DNA from: Octopus bimaculoides
Taxonomy: Eukaryota
Length of the DNA: 39,175 nt
Direction: 5' to 3'
NCBI RefSeq assembly: GCF_001194135.2
Contig: NC_068989.1
Coordinates: 71,040,384-71,079,558, forward strand
Position 1 is the first letter of the stretch; every line of letters starts with the position of its first letter. The translations under genes and the position numbers were made by a program. The notes under the pieces are model-generated. The model worked only from the letters and a program-made list of their open reading frames with translations. It ran no database searches and was not told the origin of the DNA. This document shows positions 23,220-35,581 of the stretch, one piece after another.

Positions 23220-25048
23220 AATATTCGAGCTCTGAACGAATGTCTGCAGAACGGCTTCCCTATTGCACGTAATTTCGGACTGGCTCGGCTGATGACAAAG
23301 TTTGTGTCTAGAACTTATCCTAAACCGCCAATGGTCCCCAGTAACTCTGCCAGTTCAGGGACTTAATTATAGTAATTGTTTCAATTTTTGGTTCAAGGCC
23401 AACAGTTTTAAGGAGAGGGGGATAATCGATTATATTTACCTCAGTACTTGCCAGGTAGTTTATTTTATTGCCCTCGAAAGGATGAGAAGTAAAGTTGACA
23501 CCAGCGGGATTTGAATTCAGAACGTAAAGAACCGGAATTCAATAATAGTAACAATAGTTTCTCTACTGATTTTAGATGCCTACCACATGAAATTCAAAAT
23601 AATATTTTGTTCCTAGGCGTTAGGGCACACAGCTGTGGGCGAGGAATAACTGACTGAATCGACCTTATTTTTTCATTGGCAATTATTTTATCGACAGCGA
23701 AAGAATAAGTGGTAAGATCAGCTTCTGCAGGAACATAAAGGGACGTAACTAAATACAAGATATTTTGCACACTGCTCTACGAATTCTGTCTTCTGCGGTC
23801 TTTCTACAAACGTGTAATACTTTTCCTGCATGTCGCGACATACGTTCGAATGTCACACTTTAACCAGCCTAAAATACAGGACGAAATCGAAGATATAATC
23901 TAAAAGAAATGAAATAAGCTTGAGATTTACGTTTAACTGTAGAACGAAATTGAAGACAATGAAAATCTTTAAACTAATGCAACAAATTTAAGAGATAAAA
24001 GCTTCGAAGAAGTGTAACTATGGAACGAAACTTTCGGCACTTATGCTTTAAATAAACTACGGGACGAAATCGAAGTCAGAACAGAAATATTAAAAATTTT
24101 GGAACTAGTTCCAGAAGTGTTGCGCTTTAAACGAACCTCAACTATAGAATAAAATTAAAGATAGAATCGAAAATTTTAATATAACGGAGCAATATTTTGT
24201 ATCAAAATAAAATTAAAGAGCATGTACATACTGTGGAATTTCTACGGGTAAAGCTATTCCACCTTCCGATGACTAACATTTACCCCGGCGCAATTCGTTC
24301 GCTTTTCTCCAGTTAGAAAAATAGCCTAAAACTTTTGTCAACATTCATCGTTGGCTTGTTATTGATTTTGTCATACCTCGAATCTTTGATGCCTCCATTT
24401 CTGGCATTTTATCAATTAGCTTCTGTTTATATGGCAATTAGAGGAACTATTATAAAAAATAGCAATAACAAACTATAAACAACGTAAACTCGTTTCATTT
24501 CACCCTGATATTAACTCAGAAATTTTAACAATGGTTCCAGCCAAGCAAATAAAAACAAACAATAAAATCAAACTGAATCGTTTTTTGTACAATTTTCCTT
24601 CGCGTACAGTTTTTTGTTCTTCTAACCAGGCTCATTATCTTTGAAAGCATTTTTTCTTAAAGAAAAATATGATTTCGTTTATACAAGAAAGTTTTTGCTT
24701 TGACAAGGGAATTGGGCGAATTCTGAAAGAAGTTCACGTCAATGTTTGTGTTGACACTTTGCATTCTCAACATCATTTCTCCCCATTCCACACAACTCGG
24801 TGTTTTCTATTAAAATTCATTCCTTTCGTTGGTGATCTCTACTCCCCCAAAAAACCCATACGCTGATGGAATTTCTTTATTTACACAAGAACATAACTCA
24901 CGTTATCTAAAGTAAAACCAAACCTTTACAACATCAGACTGTTCTTTGTTTAGACCAAGGATCTGAAGAACTCCTCGCACCAGTGTAAAATTTCGTCTGC
25001 TTAATTCAAACTGGAAACTGTTCGCTGATGAAGCTATTGAAGTTATCG

Positions 25049-25392
25049 AACATCTTTCAGTTTGAAATTGATTTAAACTTCACTTCCCATTTCTAGAGAA
25101 ATATTTAACAAAATATATAAAAACAAATTCTAACTTAGTGCTGCTTTAGCATACGGTCAATGCAATACGCGCTCATGTACAGATGTACGTACTATATACA
25201 CACACATTATATCAAAGAAGTAAAATGAAAAATCGAAATGGAAACGAAACACGAGGCGGTGTCTCGGGACACGTAAAAGAAAGTAAAAAATCGACCAAAA
25301 TTAAAACCGGGCCAAAGTTAAAATATAAACACGTGCAAAGCGAGTACTTTGTAAACCGAAGGACAACTACATACAAACATATATACATACAT
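25049..25392 (+). repeat. Direct repeat copy 1 (unclassified ~350-bp element ending in a CATA-rich tract)
   Basis: Aligns with 27295-27734, e.g. ctttagcatacggtcaat, aatcgaccaaaattaaaaccgggccaaagt, gcaaagcgagtactttgtaaaccga. Confidence 0.85.
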
Positions 25393-25989
25393 AAAGGGCA
25401 AAGGTTAAAGACGGAATCAAGAAGTCCACTTGTTGGACGTATCGTTTTTCATGCCTAAACGTTTTTGTCGTACCACTGACTCGATGAGTAACGACAAGTA
25501 GAATGACTTGTCTAAAGACAAAACGCATGTTCCGGAACGTGTCACCCATCGCTTGGTCACACGTCTTTTCGAAGTCACTGAAAATCCGTACAAAAATGAA
25601 AAGAAACGGCTTAATTCTTGAGATCAATATAAATTGTATATTTCATATGCTGCCGAGGTCGACTTTGCCTTTCATCCTTTCCGGAGTCAATAAAATGAAT
25701 ACCAGCTGAACACTAGGACCGATGTAATTGACTTCCTATCCCCTTAAAATTGTATACTAATGAATTTATAAAAATTGTTTATTATTCTCTGTACAATTTT
25801 ATAAATTTGGAATTCATACCTAATATTTAAAAAAGGGTTCCCCCTTCTTGTTTTAGACAAAGTTAAACCAACCATTTCTTGACTTCAATAATTGTAAAAA
25901 TTTTAACAACCCATTACTCTCGTACGTTGCTATGGAATTCCTTAATTCACTTTGAAACTGAAATCTGTATTCCATATTAAGTTAATTCT

Positions 25990-26390
25990 TAATGAAATGA
26001 ATTTTGAGATTTCTTGCCTTTTCTAGACCATCTTTTACAGTTTTTCCAATGATCAGCGAGTCTGGTTCTTCAACATCAGACTCGCTTTAGCAGTTAGGAA
26101 TTATGGTGACCTTGCCAATTCAATAATTTTTCATTCAACTCCTGTTCCACAAATAATTCCCCAATTTGTTCTACAACTAAATCATCCGATCCTTCATTGC
26201 GATAATTATATCTGTGTCCAGATTTCTCTTGTGTCACTATCACTAATATTCAGAATTCATTCAGGTAATATTAACCATTCGACAGGCATTTAAGGCGGTT
26301 TTCGTAATTTCACAAATTGTTATTGCAAATATTTTCACACAGTGAAGAATATTAATTTCTTTCCCTATATTAACTATTCCGTATTTTTAA
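25990..26390 (-). mobile_element. Probable Tigger/pogo-like transposase C-terminal remnant
   Basis: Minus translations IGKEINILHCVKIFAITICEITKTALNAC and SESDVEEPDSLIIGKTVKDGLEKARNLKIHF resemble the pogo-family W..INI.DAI...AW.EV.. motif and acidic tail (T.KEAL). Highly decayed. Confidence 0.4.
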
Positions 26391-26511
26391 GGGAATATTT
26401 TATATAATTCATGTTAAAGTTACAAATCATGGCTTTCTCTAATGGCTAGATAAGAGGTGTAGTACTGGATGTTAAGAACAGATTGGGGCGTTGTGAATTA
26501 GTAATAAGATT

Positions 26512-26893
26512 TTGAAGTCAATATTATTTCGTTGAGTCGATTTTGCCTTTCGTCCTTTCGGGGTCGATAAAATAAGTACCCGTTACGCATTGGGGTCAAT
26601 GTAATCGACTTAGCTACTTATGCTGGCCTTGAGCCAAAATTTTGCTGGCCTTGTACCAAAATTTGAAATCATTATTATTTCGCTGTGTAAGGCAGAACTG
26701 TTAGCAGGCTGGGCAAAATGCTTAGCGGCACTGCATCGAACCCAGTACTTGACTAGTACTTATTTCATCGACACCGAAAGGATAAAAAGCATAGTCGGCC
26801 TCGGCGGAGTTTGAACCCAGAATGAAAAACAGAGGAAACGCCGCGAAGCATTTTTGTCAAGCGTGCTAACGATTCTGCCAGCTTGCCGCCTTC
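26512..26893. mobile_element. Cluster of family M SINE pieces in both orientations
   Basis: Plus body ~26512-26670, plus head ~26690-26730, minus copy ~26735-26893. Confidence 0.7.
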
Positions 26894-27294
26894 CTATTAA
26901 TTAATAATGACTTTATAAAACAATGGCCTAATGCATTACAACACACTTATTCACACAACATAAATTCTATATATGTATGATGAGTGTATGATTACGCAAC
27001 ACACGAAAACTGGTTTTATCAAAGATGTTCTTCCTGGCACTAAAATTTATGGACACTATAACAAAAGCTTTGTTATATTTTATAGAAGATAAAACAGCCT
27101 AAAAGATAACCTGTAGACAGATAAACCCCCTAAGGACTCCCTATAGACAGCTTTGATATACGGAAAATCATCAATATGTATGTTTTGAATTTATTGAATT
27201 TTAAACGATGATACTAGCTCTGGTTGTTCTCCATTTCTTTTCATTTTTGTAATGGCTGCTTCGTTTATATTAAATTGTTTGGCAATTTCTATCT

Positions 27295-27734
27295 AACATT
27301 TTCCAGTTTGAAATTGATTTAAATTTAAATTTCCATTTCTAGAGAAATCGATTTCCTTGTCCGTGTTTGGTTTGACATTTGGAAATCTATTATTCTGCCT
27401 CGAAAACGTTTAACAAAATAAAAAAAAACAAAAAAAACTTAAGTGCTACTTTAGCATACGGTCAATACAATACGCGCTCATGTACAGACGTACGAGCTAT
27501 TTATATACACATTACATCAAAGAAGGGAAATGAAAAATCGAAATGGGAACGAAACTCGAAGCGGTGTCTTGGGACACGTAAAGTATAAGAATAAAAAAAA
27601 ATCGACCAAAATTAAAACCGGGCCAAAGTGAAAGCGTAAACACATGCAAAGCGAGTACTTTGTAAACCGAGGGACAATTTCATACATGCATACATACATG
27701 CATACATACATACATACATACATACATACATACA
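27295..27734 (+). repeat. Direct repeat copy 2 with a ~60-bp extra segment and longer (CATA)n
   Basis: See copy 1; the extra segment is about 27349-27409. Confidence 0.85.
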
Positions 27735-28420
27735 AATTTTATGGACTAAAAGGGCGAACAGGTAATCTCCGCCTTTAGACTAGTTCCGGTCCGCAATCCG
27801 CAAGTACTTTATACAGCCCTAATTAGCGAAACGGGAAATCCTACGCCTGCAGCTGGTAGCGTTTGAAATGGGGACAGAGACTACAGATCTCGTGTCTTGC
27901 GTTTAAGAGAGATCCTGGGTCCAGCGTGTCTTTAAGCATCCTTGTTCGATCTGTTATGCAAAGCTTGCATCGCCCGCTCCCGTTTATATAGGACCCCGGC
28001 TGCTCTATGACCCTTCCATTTAACTTCGTATGGAGTTCCTTCATCTTTAAGGCACCATACATGGCTGGCCAAAGATGTGATGTAACGTCTTTCCGAAACC
28101 ATAAAAGAGGTCCTGTGGTTGTACAGGCGCCGCTTAAAAGCAGTTCTCGCTGACCCGATGTATCTCCGAACTTGAGTGCAGGTTGTGTTCTCGTCTTTGG
28201 TGTATCTTCCGTTGGCTGCGGTCTTGGAGTTGTTGCCGCTGCTGTTGTTGCCGCTGCTGTTGTTGCCGCTGCTGTTGTTGCAGCTGTCATCAGTGCTGTT
28301 ATTACAGGGTGTAGATTCGGCGATATCTCTGTAGTTGTTACCGTTGCAGTCGTCATTCCGGTCGTAACGGATTTCTACCTTCAGTTTGAAGAGAAGCTAT
28401 AAGCCCGCGGCCATTGGAGT
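27735..28420 (-). mobile_element. Decayed PLE C-terminal GIY-YIG endonuclease plus short 3' UTR
   Basis: Minus frame ...QVRR-YIG(28154-28162)-SARTAFKRRLYNHRTSF...TSLASHVWCLKDEGTPYEVKWK, a +1 frameshift near 28012, then VIEQPGSYINGSGRCKLCITDRTRML...LLNARHEICSLCPHFKRYQL* (stop 27841-27843). This matches the recalled PLE EN pattern (YIG.T...FK.R..NH..SF; CxLCL.EK; LLNKR.E....CRH). It ends at a (TATG)n tract. Confidence 0.85.
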
Positions 28421-29416
28421 CTGACCAGTCGTCTATAAAGCTAAGCTCTTTATGGATGCGAAACCATTGGTCGCTTTATGACCAGACATATACTTAACTT
28501 CATGTAAATATATATACAGGGCCTCTGTCGGTCAGAGTTGGTCATGCCCCTACACACCTGTGCACAAACCTAGATAAGATTTTTCGAGGAAGACAGGCAG
28601 TTGGACATACAAACAAGTCTTTCCCCTTTCCGCCACCAATGTTTATCCAACATCCAAGAGAAAGGTTGCAAACTTGGACGGTTACCATTTGGATCGAGAG
28701 TGACCGTCATAAGTATCGCTATGAGTCTGCAAAGATCCGAAATAGATATTGCAAGGTATCTGGCTCGACACTATAATAGTCTAATAACCCCGAAATGCCA
28801 TGGCCCTGAATTGGTATCTTTTTATCGATCCCAATCGCATGAAAATTGAAGTCGGTGCGATTTAAACTCAGACTGCTTTGTCCAAAGAACTGGTCGTGCA
28901 CCTTAACCAGGGATGGTGGGGGAAGACAAAAGAAATTACCAAAATTCATTCATCGTCATAGGTACAAATCTTACATCATCTCTGTCGCCTCTATTTCTCT
29001 TCGATCAGGTTCTATTAAATGGGCTTTTAAATATGTTATACTGAAATCAATATCGCCGTTCTAAAATGAAAAAAATGTCCTGCACTTTTAACGGATTAAC
29101 TCACGGTTTTATGTGCACACATTCTATATAAATAGATTTCCTCGAAATCACATATATACATTCATATATANNNNNNNNNNNNNNNNNNNNNNNNNNNNNN
29201 NNNNNNNNNNNNNNNNNNNNNNNNNNNNNNNNNNNNNNNNNNNNNNNNNNNNNNNNNNNNNNNNNNNNNNNNNNNNNNNNNNNNNNNNNNNNNNNNNNNN
29301 NNNNNNNNNNNNNNNNNNNNNNNNNNNNNNNNNNNNNNNNNNNNNNNNNNNNNNCATTTATATACACACAAACACACATATATATATATACATACATACA
29401 CACATACATGCATACA

Positions 29417-29478
<62 letters not shown>

Positions 29479-29872
29479 CCTCTCTATATATAAAGAATAT
29501 ATATATATGTAATTTTTCCTTACTGTCCCCCCCTCTCTCTCCCTTTCATTTCTCTCTCATTCTTTCTCTAATCCTTTTTTCTCTCCATCACCGTTTTCTA
29601 TTTGTCTATCCCTCTCTCTCTTCCTCTTCCTCCTTTACTCTCCCTCTGGTTGCTAATACGTGACCATCGTCCGTCCTTCCTTTCCTCACGTGATCATCAT
29701 TCTTTTCCTTCACTCTGCTGCGCAGTTCAAACGCATTAGTATTTGTCTCCTCTCTTTTCTCTTATCAAAGAATCTTCTTCAAGCGTTCGCCACTTTACCT
29801 CGTCTGAGCCTAACAGCCCTCCCTGTTTGTATTCGTTTGGTTTGTTGTATATCCTGTTTTTGTTACCAACTT

Positions 29873-30169
29873 AGCTTTGTGATCGGATTTAGTAGACGGA
29901 AACTGAAAGAAGCACATCATATATGTATATATATATACTTATGTGTGTTTGTCTTTGTGTCTATATTTGTCCCCCCCCCCAACCATCGCTTGACAACCGA
30001 TGTTGATGTGTTTACGTCCCTGTAATTTAGTAGTTCGGTCAAAGTGACTGATAGAATATGTGCTAGGCTTACAAAGAATAAGTCCTGAGATCGATTTCTT
30101 CGACTAAAAAAAACCTTTAAGGCGGTGCTCCAACATGGCCGCAGTCAAAATAACTGAAACAAGTAAAAA
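29873..30169 (+). mobile_element. Family D SINE, 5'-truncated, ending at a gap
   Basis: gatttagtagacggaaactgaaagaagc...ggcggtgctccaacatggccgcagtc. Confidence 0.8.
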
Positions 30170-31349
30170 NNNNNNNNNNNNNNNNNNNNNNNNNNNNNNN
30201 NNNNNNNNNNNNNNNNNNNNNNNNNNNNNNNNNNNNNNNNNNNNNNNNNNNNNNNNNNNNNNNNNNNNNNNNNNNNNNNNNNNNNNNNNNNNNNNNNNNN
30301 NNNNNNNNNNNNNNNNNNNNNNNNNNNNNNNNNNNNNNNNNNNNNNNNNNNNNNNNNNNNNNNNNNNNNNNNNNNNNNNNNNNNNNNNNNNNNNNNNNNN
30401 NNNNNNNNNNNNNNNNNNNNNNNNNNNNNNNNNNNNNNNNNNNNNNNNNNNNNNNNNNNNNNNNNNNNNNNNNNNNNNNNNNNNNNNNNNNNNNNNNNNN
30501 NNNNNNNNNNNNNNNNNNNNNNNNNNNNNNNNNNNNNNNNNNNNNNNNNNNNNNNNNNNNNNNNNNNNNNNNNNNNNNNNNNNNNNNNNNNNNNNNNNNN
30601 NNNNNNNNNNNNNNNNNNNNNNNNNNNNNNNNNNNNNNNNNNNNNNNNNNNNNNNNNNNNNNNNNNNNNNNNNNNNNNNNNNNNNNNNNNNNNNNNNNNN
30701 NNNNNNNNNNNNNNNNNNNNNNNNNNNNNNNNNNNNNNNNNNNNNNNNNNNNNNNNNNNNNNNNNNNNNNNNNNNNNNNNNNNNNNNNNNNNNNNNNNNN
30801 NNNNNNNNNNNNNNNNNNNNNNNNNNNNNNNNNNNNNNNNNNNNNNNNNNNNNNNNNNNNNNNNNNNNNNNNNNNNNNNNNNNNNNNNNNNNNNNNNNNN
30901 NNNNNNNNNNNNNNNNNNNNNNNNNNNNNNNNNNNNNNNNNNNNNNNNNNNNNNNNNNNNNNNNNNNNNNNNNNNNNNNNNNNNNNNNNNNNNNNNNNNN
31001 NNNNNNNNNNNNNNNNNNNNNNNNNNNNNNNNNNNNNNNNNNNNNNNNNNNNNNNNNNNNNNNNNNNNNNNNNNNNNNNNNNNNNNNNNNNNNNNNNNNN
31101 NNNNNNNNNNNNNNNNNNNNNNNNTATATATATATATATGCATATATACATACATACATACATGCATGCATGCATGCATACATAAGGAAAACAGTTATGA
31201 ATGTATATATATTCGCGTTTACTGAGTTCTCTCTTTGTCGTTACTCTGATTTTCGCCAATCTATTGTTCATGAAAGTCGTTATGTATTTATGTATGCATG
31301 CATGTATGTATGTCATTATTCAGTTTTATTTCAAGATCTTTTACCAATA

Positions 31350-31598
31350 GAGAAAGAGCTGGTTTCTAGCTTAGATCCAAGGTTGTTGCATTGGAATTTC
31401 AACATCAACAACAGGGTATTTTTGTATGTATGTATGTATATGTGCCGATTTGTATTTTTTTATGTATGCGTTCTCATGCATATACTTGCATATGTAGATA
31501 TGCTCATTTATACGTAACCGATAAATTTCTGGAAAGTTTTACAGATTTTTGCAGTTCCAATGATGGCTTGGATCTGTAGTCTTCGAATCAGCTTTCTC
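31350..31598. mobile_element. Foldback/MITE-like element with ~55-bp imperfect inverted ends and internal (TATG)n
   Basis: Left arm gagaaag..gctg..agatccaag..cattggaa..atc; the same words in the same order occur on the reverse complement of 31544-31598. Confidence 0.45.
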
Positions 31599-32536
31599 CT
31601 TNNNNNNNNNNATATATATATACATATGTATATATATACCGAGACACCGTACGCACAATGACCTCCTCTCCTTCAATCGTTCAATTTAAGTTACAGTAAC
31701 AACTGAGATTTGGAACCAAACTATGTTTGGTCCAATACATTTCTGTGGAAATATTGGAAGCAGATTTCTTTGATGTCAGAAGCTTTAAAATCATGCTTCA
31801 TTGATTTACATATTCCTGCATTTAGCTTTCCAAAATATCTTGATTTGTATGGTGTTTCTCTTTAACAATTCCTGTTATTTGCTTCTTCATAACTGCACTT
31901 CCAGTCTGTCTATCTGAATGGCTGACCCTCTGTCTCTGTTAACCTGTCTCTCTCTTTCTCTTTCTCTCCCCCTCTTTCTCTCTTCTCAAACACGAAGATA
32001 TGAGGTATATACATGGTCTTGTGTATGGTGTTATTCACAATCTTAAGTGAAAATACCTAGTTATATCTGTGTTTTTAATAGATTTTATATATGCATGTAT
32101 GGATGTGCATTACTACACAATTTATGCATAACTATATAATTATGTATGTGTGTATGTATGTCTGTGTGTGTGTTAGGAGTTGGTCGGAGGAGTAGGCGCA
32201 ATGTCTATGGCAAATGTAAAGACTTCGAATGTCGGTCATATCGATGTGATTGATGTTCTATTTAAATATCTCTATGTCGCCCCGGGTGGGAAATGAAAAA
32301 AAAAAAATCAAAAGGAGGAGAAATGAGAGAAGCTGGTCTGAGATGAAATAATTATGAAAATTCTTTGGTAGTGCCTCTAGGAGATAGTACCTGGTGGGGT
32401 AGATGGTGGTGGTTGGACACAAATCTGTTCGGTGAGGGTTAACGTAAAGCTAAACAACAGCAATCACAAAATCTTCGTTATTTTAATTCATATATATACA
32501 CGCACACATGCATACGGAAATAATTAGATACATGCG

Positions 32537-32573
<37 letters not shown>

Positions 32574-33350
32574 NNNNNNNNNNNNNNNNNNNNNNNNNNN
32601 NNNNNNNNNNNNNNNNNNNNNNNNNNNNNNNNNNNNNNNNNNNNNNNNNNNNNNNNNNNNNNNNNNNNNNNNNNNNNNNNNNNNNNNNNNNNNNNNNNNN
32701 NNNNNNNNNNNNNNNNNNNNNNNNNNNNNNNNNNNNNNNNNNNNNNNNNNNNNNNNNNNNNNNNNNNNNNNNNNNNNNNNNNNNNNNNNNNNNNNNNNNN
32801 NNNNNNNNNNNNNNNNNNNNNNNNNNNNNNNNNNNNNNNNNNNNNNNNNNNNNNNTATATGGAAAAAAAGTCAAGATAGAAAATGCAAAAATAATTTTAT
32901 AAAAAACATTTCAGTACCGGTTTCAGTCTTTGAGAGTTTTTCAATTGTAAGTATGGAAAACAATTAAATTTTGAAAAAATGAAAAGAAAAGTTTTTTTAA
33001 AAGAATATTTGCATAGTATTCAAATGTAAGGGGCATTTTCCTTGTTTCTGCCTGTCTCTGTCTCTCTTATTTACTCTTGTGGGTTGGAAGTGTTTGTGAA
33101 TTCTTGGCAGGGAAGAAGAAGAAGAAGAAAAATATCATTCAATGATTCAGCTTTCGTACTGTGAGTGCGTAGACCTTTTTGCTGCACTAGTAACTGCAAG
33201 ACCAGCCAGACCTTTAGCATACTGAATTAGCTCGCAACCTGCCCATCAGCTCTGGTTTATTTCCCCACTACTCTACTCGTTTTTGGTACTGGTATTCGGC
33301 AAGTTTTCTCTCACGAACATTTTCCATGTGTTCTTCCATGTGTTCTTCTT

Positions 33351-33406
<56 letters not shown>

Positions 33407-34248
33407 CGCTATTATTGTAATATTTCTTGTTTTTTCTTCCTTCCTTCCTGCTGCTGGTGCAGCTGTTGCTGCCGTTGCTGTTGTTATTGTTATGGTTGTG
33501 GTTGCTGCAGCTGCTGCTGCTGCTGCTATGGGTGCTTATTCTACTCGCACACTAATTGTTAACAAGTTTCCTTTTCTTTCTCTTTCTTCTTCTTCCCCTT
33601 TTCTTAAAAAAAAAAGACCAACATGACACAATACTAAAGACAGCTGCATTACATTGGTTCGTTGTTGTAGTTGTTGTTGTTGTTGTTTGATGATATGGCG
33701 GTTGTTCTTGCAGTTGTTGTCTCTACTTGTACACTAAATCTGCCATAAGTGCCATTGTGTCAAAAGAGTACTCAACGTAATAATAATAGGAGCGGCTGCA
33801 CTGGTACTATGGTTGTTATTGTCGTTGCTGACGATGTTATTGTTGCTACTATTCTCAATGTAGTTGTTGTTGTTGTCATTGTTGTCGTCATCAATACTGT
33901 TGTTATTGATAGTGTCGACATTGCAATTACTTTTGCTGCTGCGATTAATAATCGGTCAACAGGGAATAACTGCAGATGATACGGACTAGCTTTTTGTCTT
34001 TTTCAAATATTTATATCGACGTACGTAGGTATGTGTGTATGGGTCATGTGTGTACGTGTATGTGTCTGTGTGAATGTGTGTATGTCTGTGTATGCCTCTG
34101 TGTGTGAAGGTATAAATATATGTAATACTACGAATGTGTGTTTGGATACGTATGTGTTTTAATGCTTGTGTGCATGTGCACTGCTTGTCTCCGTGAGTAG
34201 AAGTGTCTGTTTCACACATACGCACGCGGAATTGTAACACTGCATATA

Positions 34249-34288
<40 letters not shown>

Positions 34289-34890
34289 NNNNNNNNNNNN
34301 NNNNNNNNNNNNNNNNNNNNNNNNNNNNNNNNNNNNNNNNNNNNNNNNNNNNNNNNNNNNNNNNNNNNNNNNNNNNNNNNNNNNNNNNNNNNNNNNNNNN
34401 NNNNNNNNNNNNNNNNNNNNNNNNNNNNNNNNNNNNNNNNNNNNNNNNNNNNNNNNNNNNNNNNNNNNNNNNNNNNNNNNNNNNNNNNNNNNNNNNNNNN
34501 NNNNNNNNNNNNNNNNNNNNNNNNNNNNNNNNNNNNNNNNNNNNNNNNNNNNNNNNNNNNNNNNNNNNNNNNNNNNNNNNNNNNNNNNNNNNNNNNNNNN
34601 NNNNNNNNNNNNNNNNNNNNNNNNNNNNNNNNNNNNNNNNNNNNNNNNNNNNNNNNNNNNNNNNNNNNNNNNNNNNNNNNNNNNNNNNNNNNNNNNNNNN
34701 NNNNNNNNNNNNNNNNNNNNNNNNNNNNNNNNNNNNNNNNNNNNNNNNNNNNNNNNNNNNNNNNNNNNNNNNNNNNNNNNNNNNNNNNNNNNNNNNNNNN
34801 NNNNNNNNNNNNNNNNNNNNNNNNNNNNNNNNNNNNNNNNNNNNNNNNNNNNNNNNNNNNNNNNNNNNNNNNNNNNNNNNNNNNNNNNNN

Positions 34891-34949
<59 letters not shown>

Positions 34950-35034
34950 TGAATTTAATAGGAAACAGACAACTGGAGATATAACTTCTCTTTGCGTCTA
35001 AGATAATATTTCCTTTTTATTATTATACATGATT

Positions 35035-35212
35035 CCCGATGTTGGTGTGTTAACGTTCCCGTAACTTAGCAGTTCGACAAAAGTGATCGATAGCATAAGT
35101 ACTAGGCTTACAAAGAATAAGACCTGGGGTCGATTTGTTCGACTAAAGGCGGTGCGCCAGGATGGCCGCAGTGAAATGACTGAAGCAAGTAAAAGAATAA
35201 AAAAATAAAAGA
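35035..35212 (+). mobile_element. Family D SINE, 3' part
   Basis: ccgtaacttagcagttcg...ggcggtgcgccaggatggccgcag. Confidence 0.75.
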
Positions 35213-35549
35213 ACACCAAGTTAATTTTATCTAGTATCGCTCTTCCATACATTGTATAGCTAATGATAAAATTTTGTAAGTATACTTAGAGTTGAAGCAT
35301 TGGTGTAACCACGATGTTCTGCTAATCTGAGGAGCTAGCTCTATATGCATTGATCCATAAATATACAATTGTATCGCATAATGTGTAATAAGAATATTAG
35401 TGAAGACATGTAAACATAATTTTTTATACACTGAATTTATTATTACACGAAGAAGGCTGCGAAACGACCGTTGTCCCAAGGATGACAAATGGTAAAAGAA
35501 ATAGATTAACCTCTCATACCTCCTGGCTTATATAATATATATATGAGTG

Positions 35550-35581
<32 letters not shown>

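Noticed and set aside
23262-23285. TATTGCAC, the miR-92-family seed
   Set aside because: The rest does not resemble miR-92 and no complementary 5' arm is present.
23290-23315. CTGATGA at ~23292 (also ctgacga near 8070 and ctgatga near 28290, both minus strand)
   Set aside because: No stem II followed by GAAA and NUH.
25025-25054. CTGATGA-agcta..tatc-GAAC as a hammerhead
   Set aside because: Stem II mismatched, GAAA incomplete and no convincing stem I; may be chance or too decayed.
27841-28356. 171-aa ORF MTTATVTTTE... as a real gene
   Set aside because: Only the last ~57 aa are the true PLE endonuclease frame; the N-terminal part is an off-frame reading upstream of a frameshift near 28012.
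31335-31415. DLLPIEKELVSSLDPRLLHWNFNINNR as an exon
   Set aside because: It coincides with the left arm of the inverted-repeat element; no protein similarity recognised.
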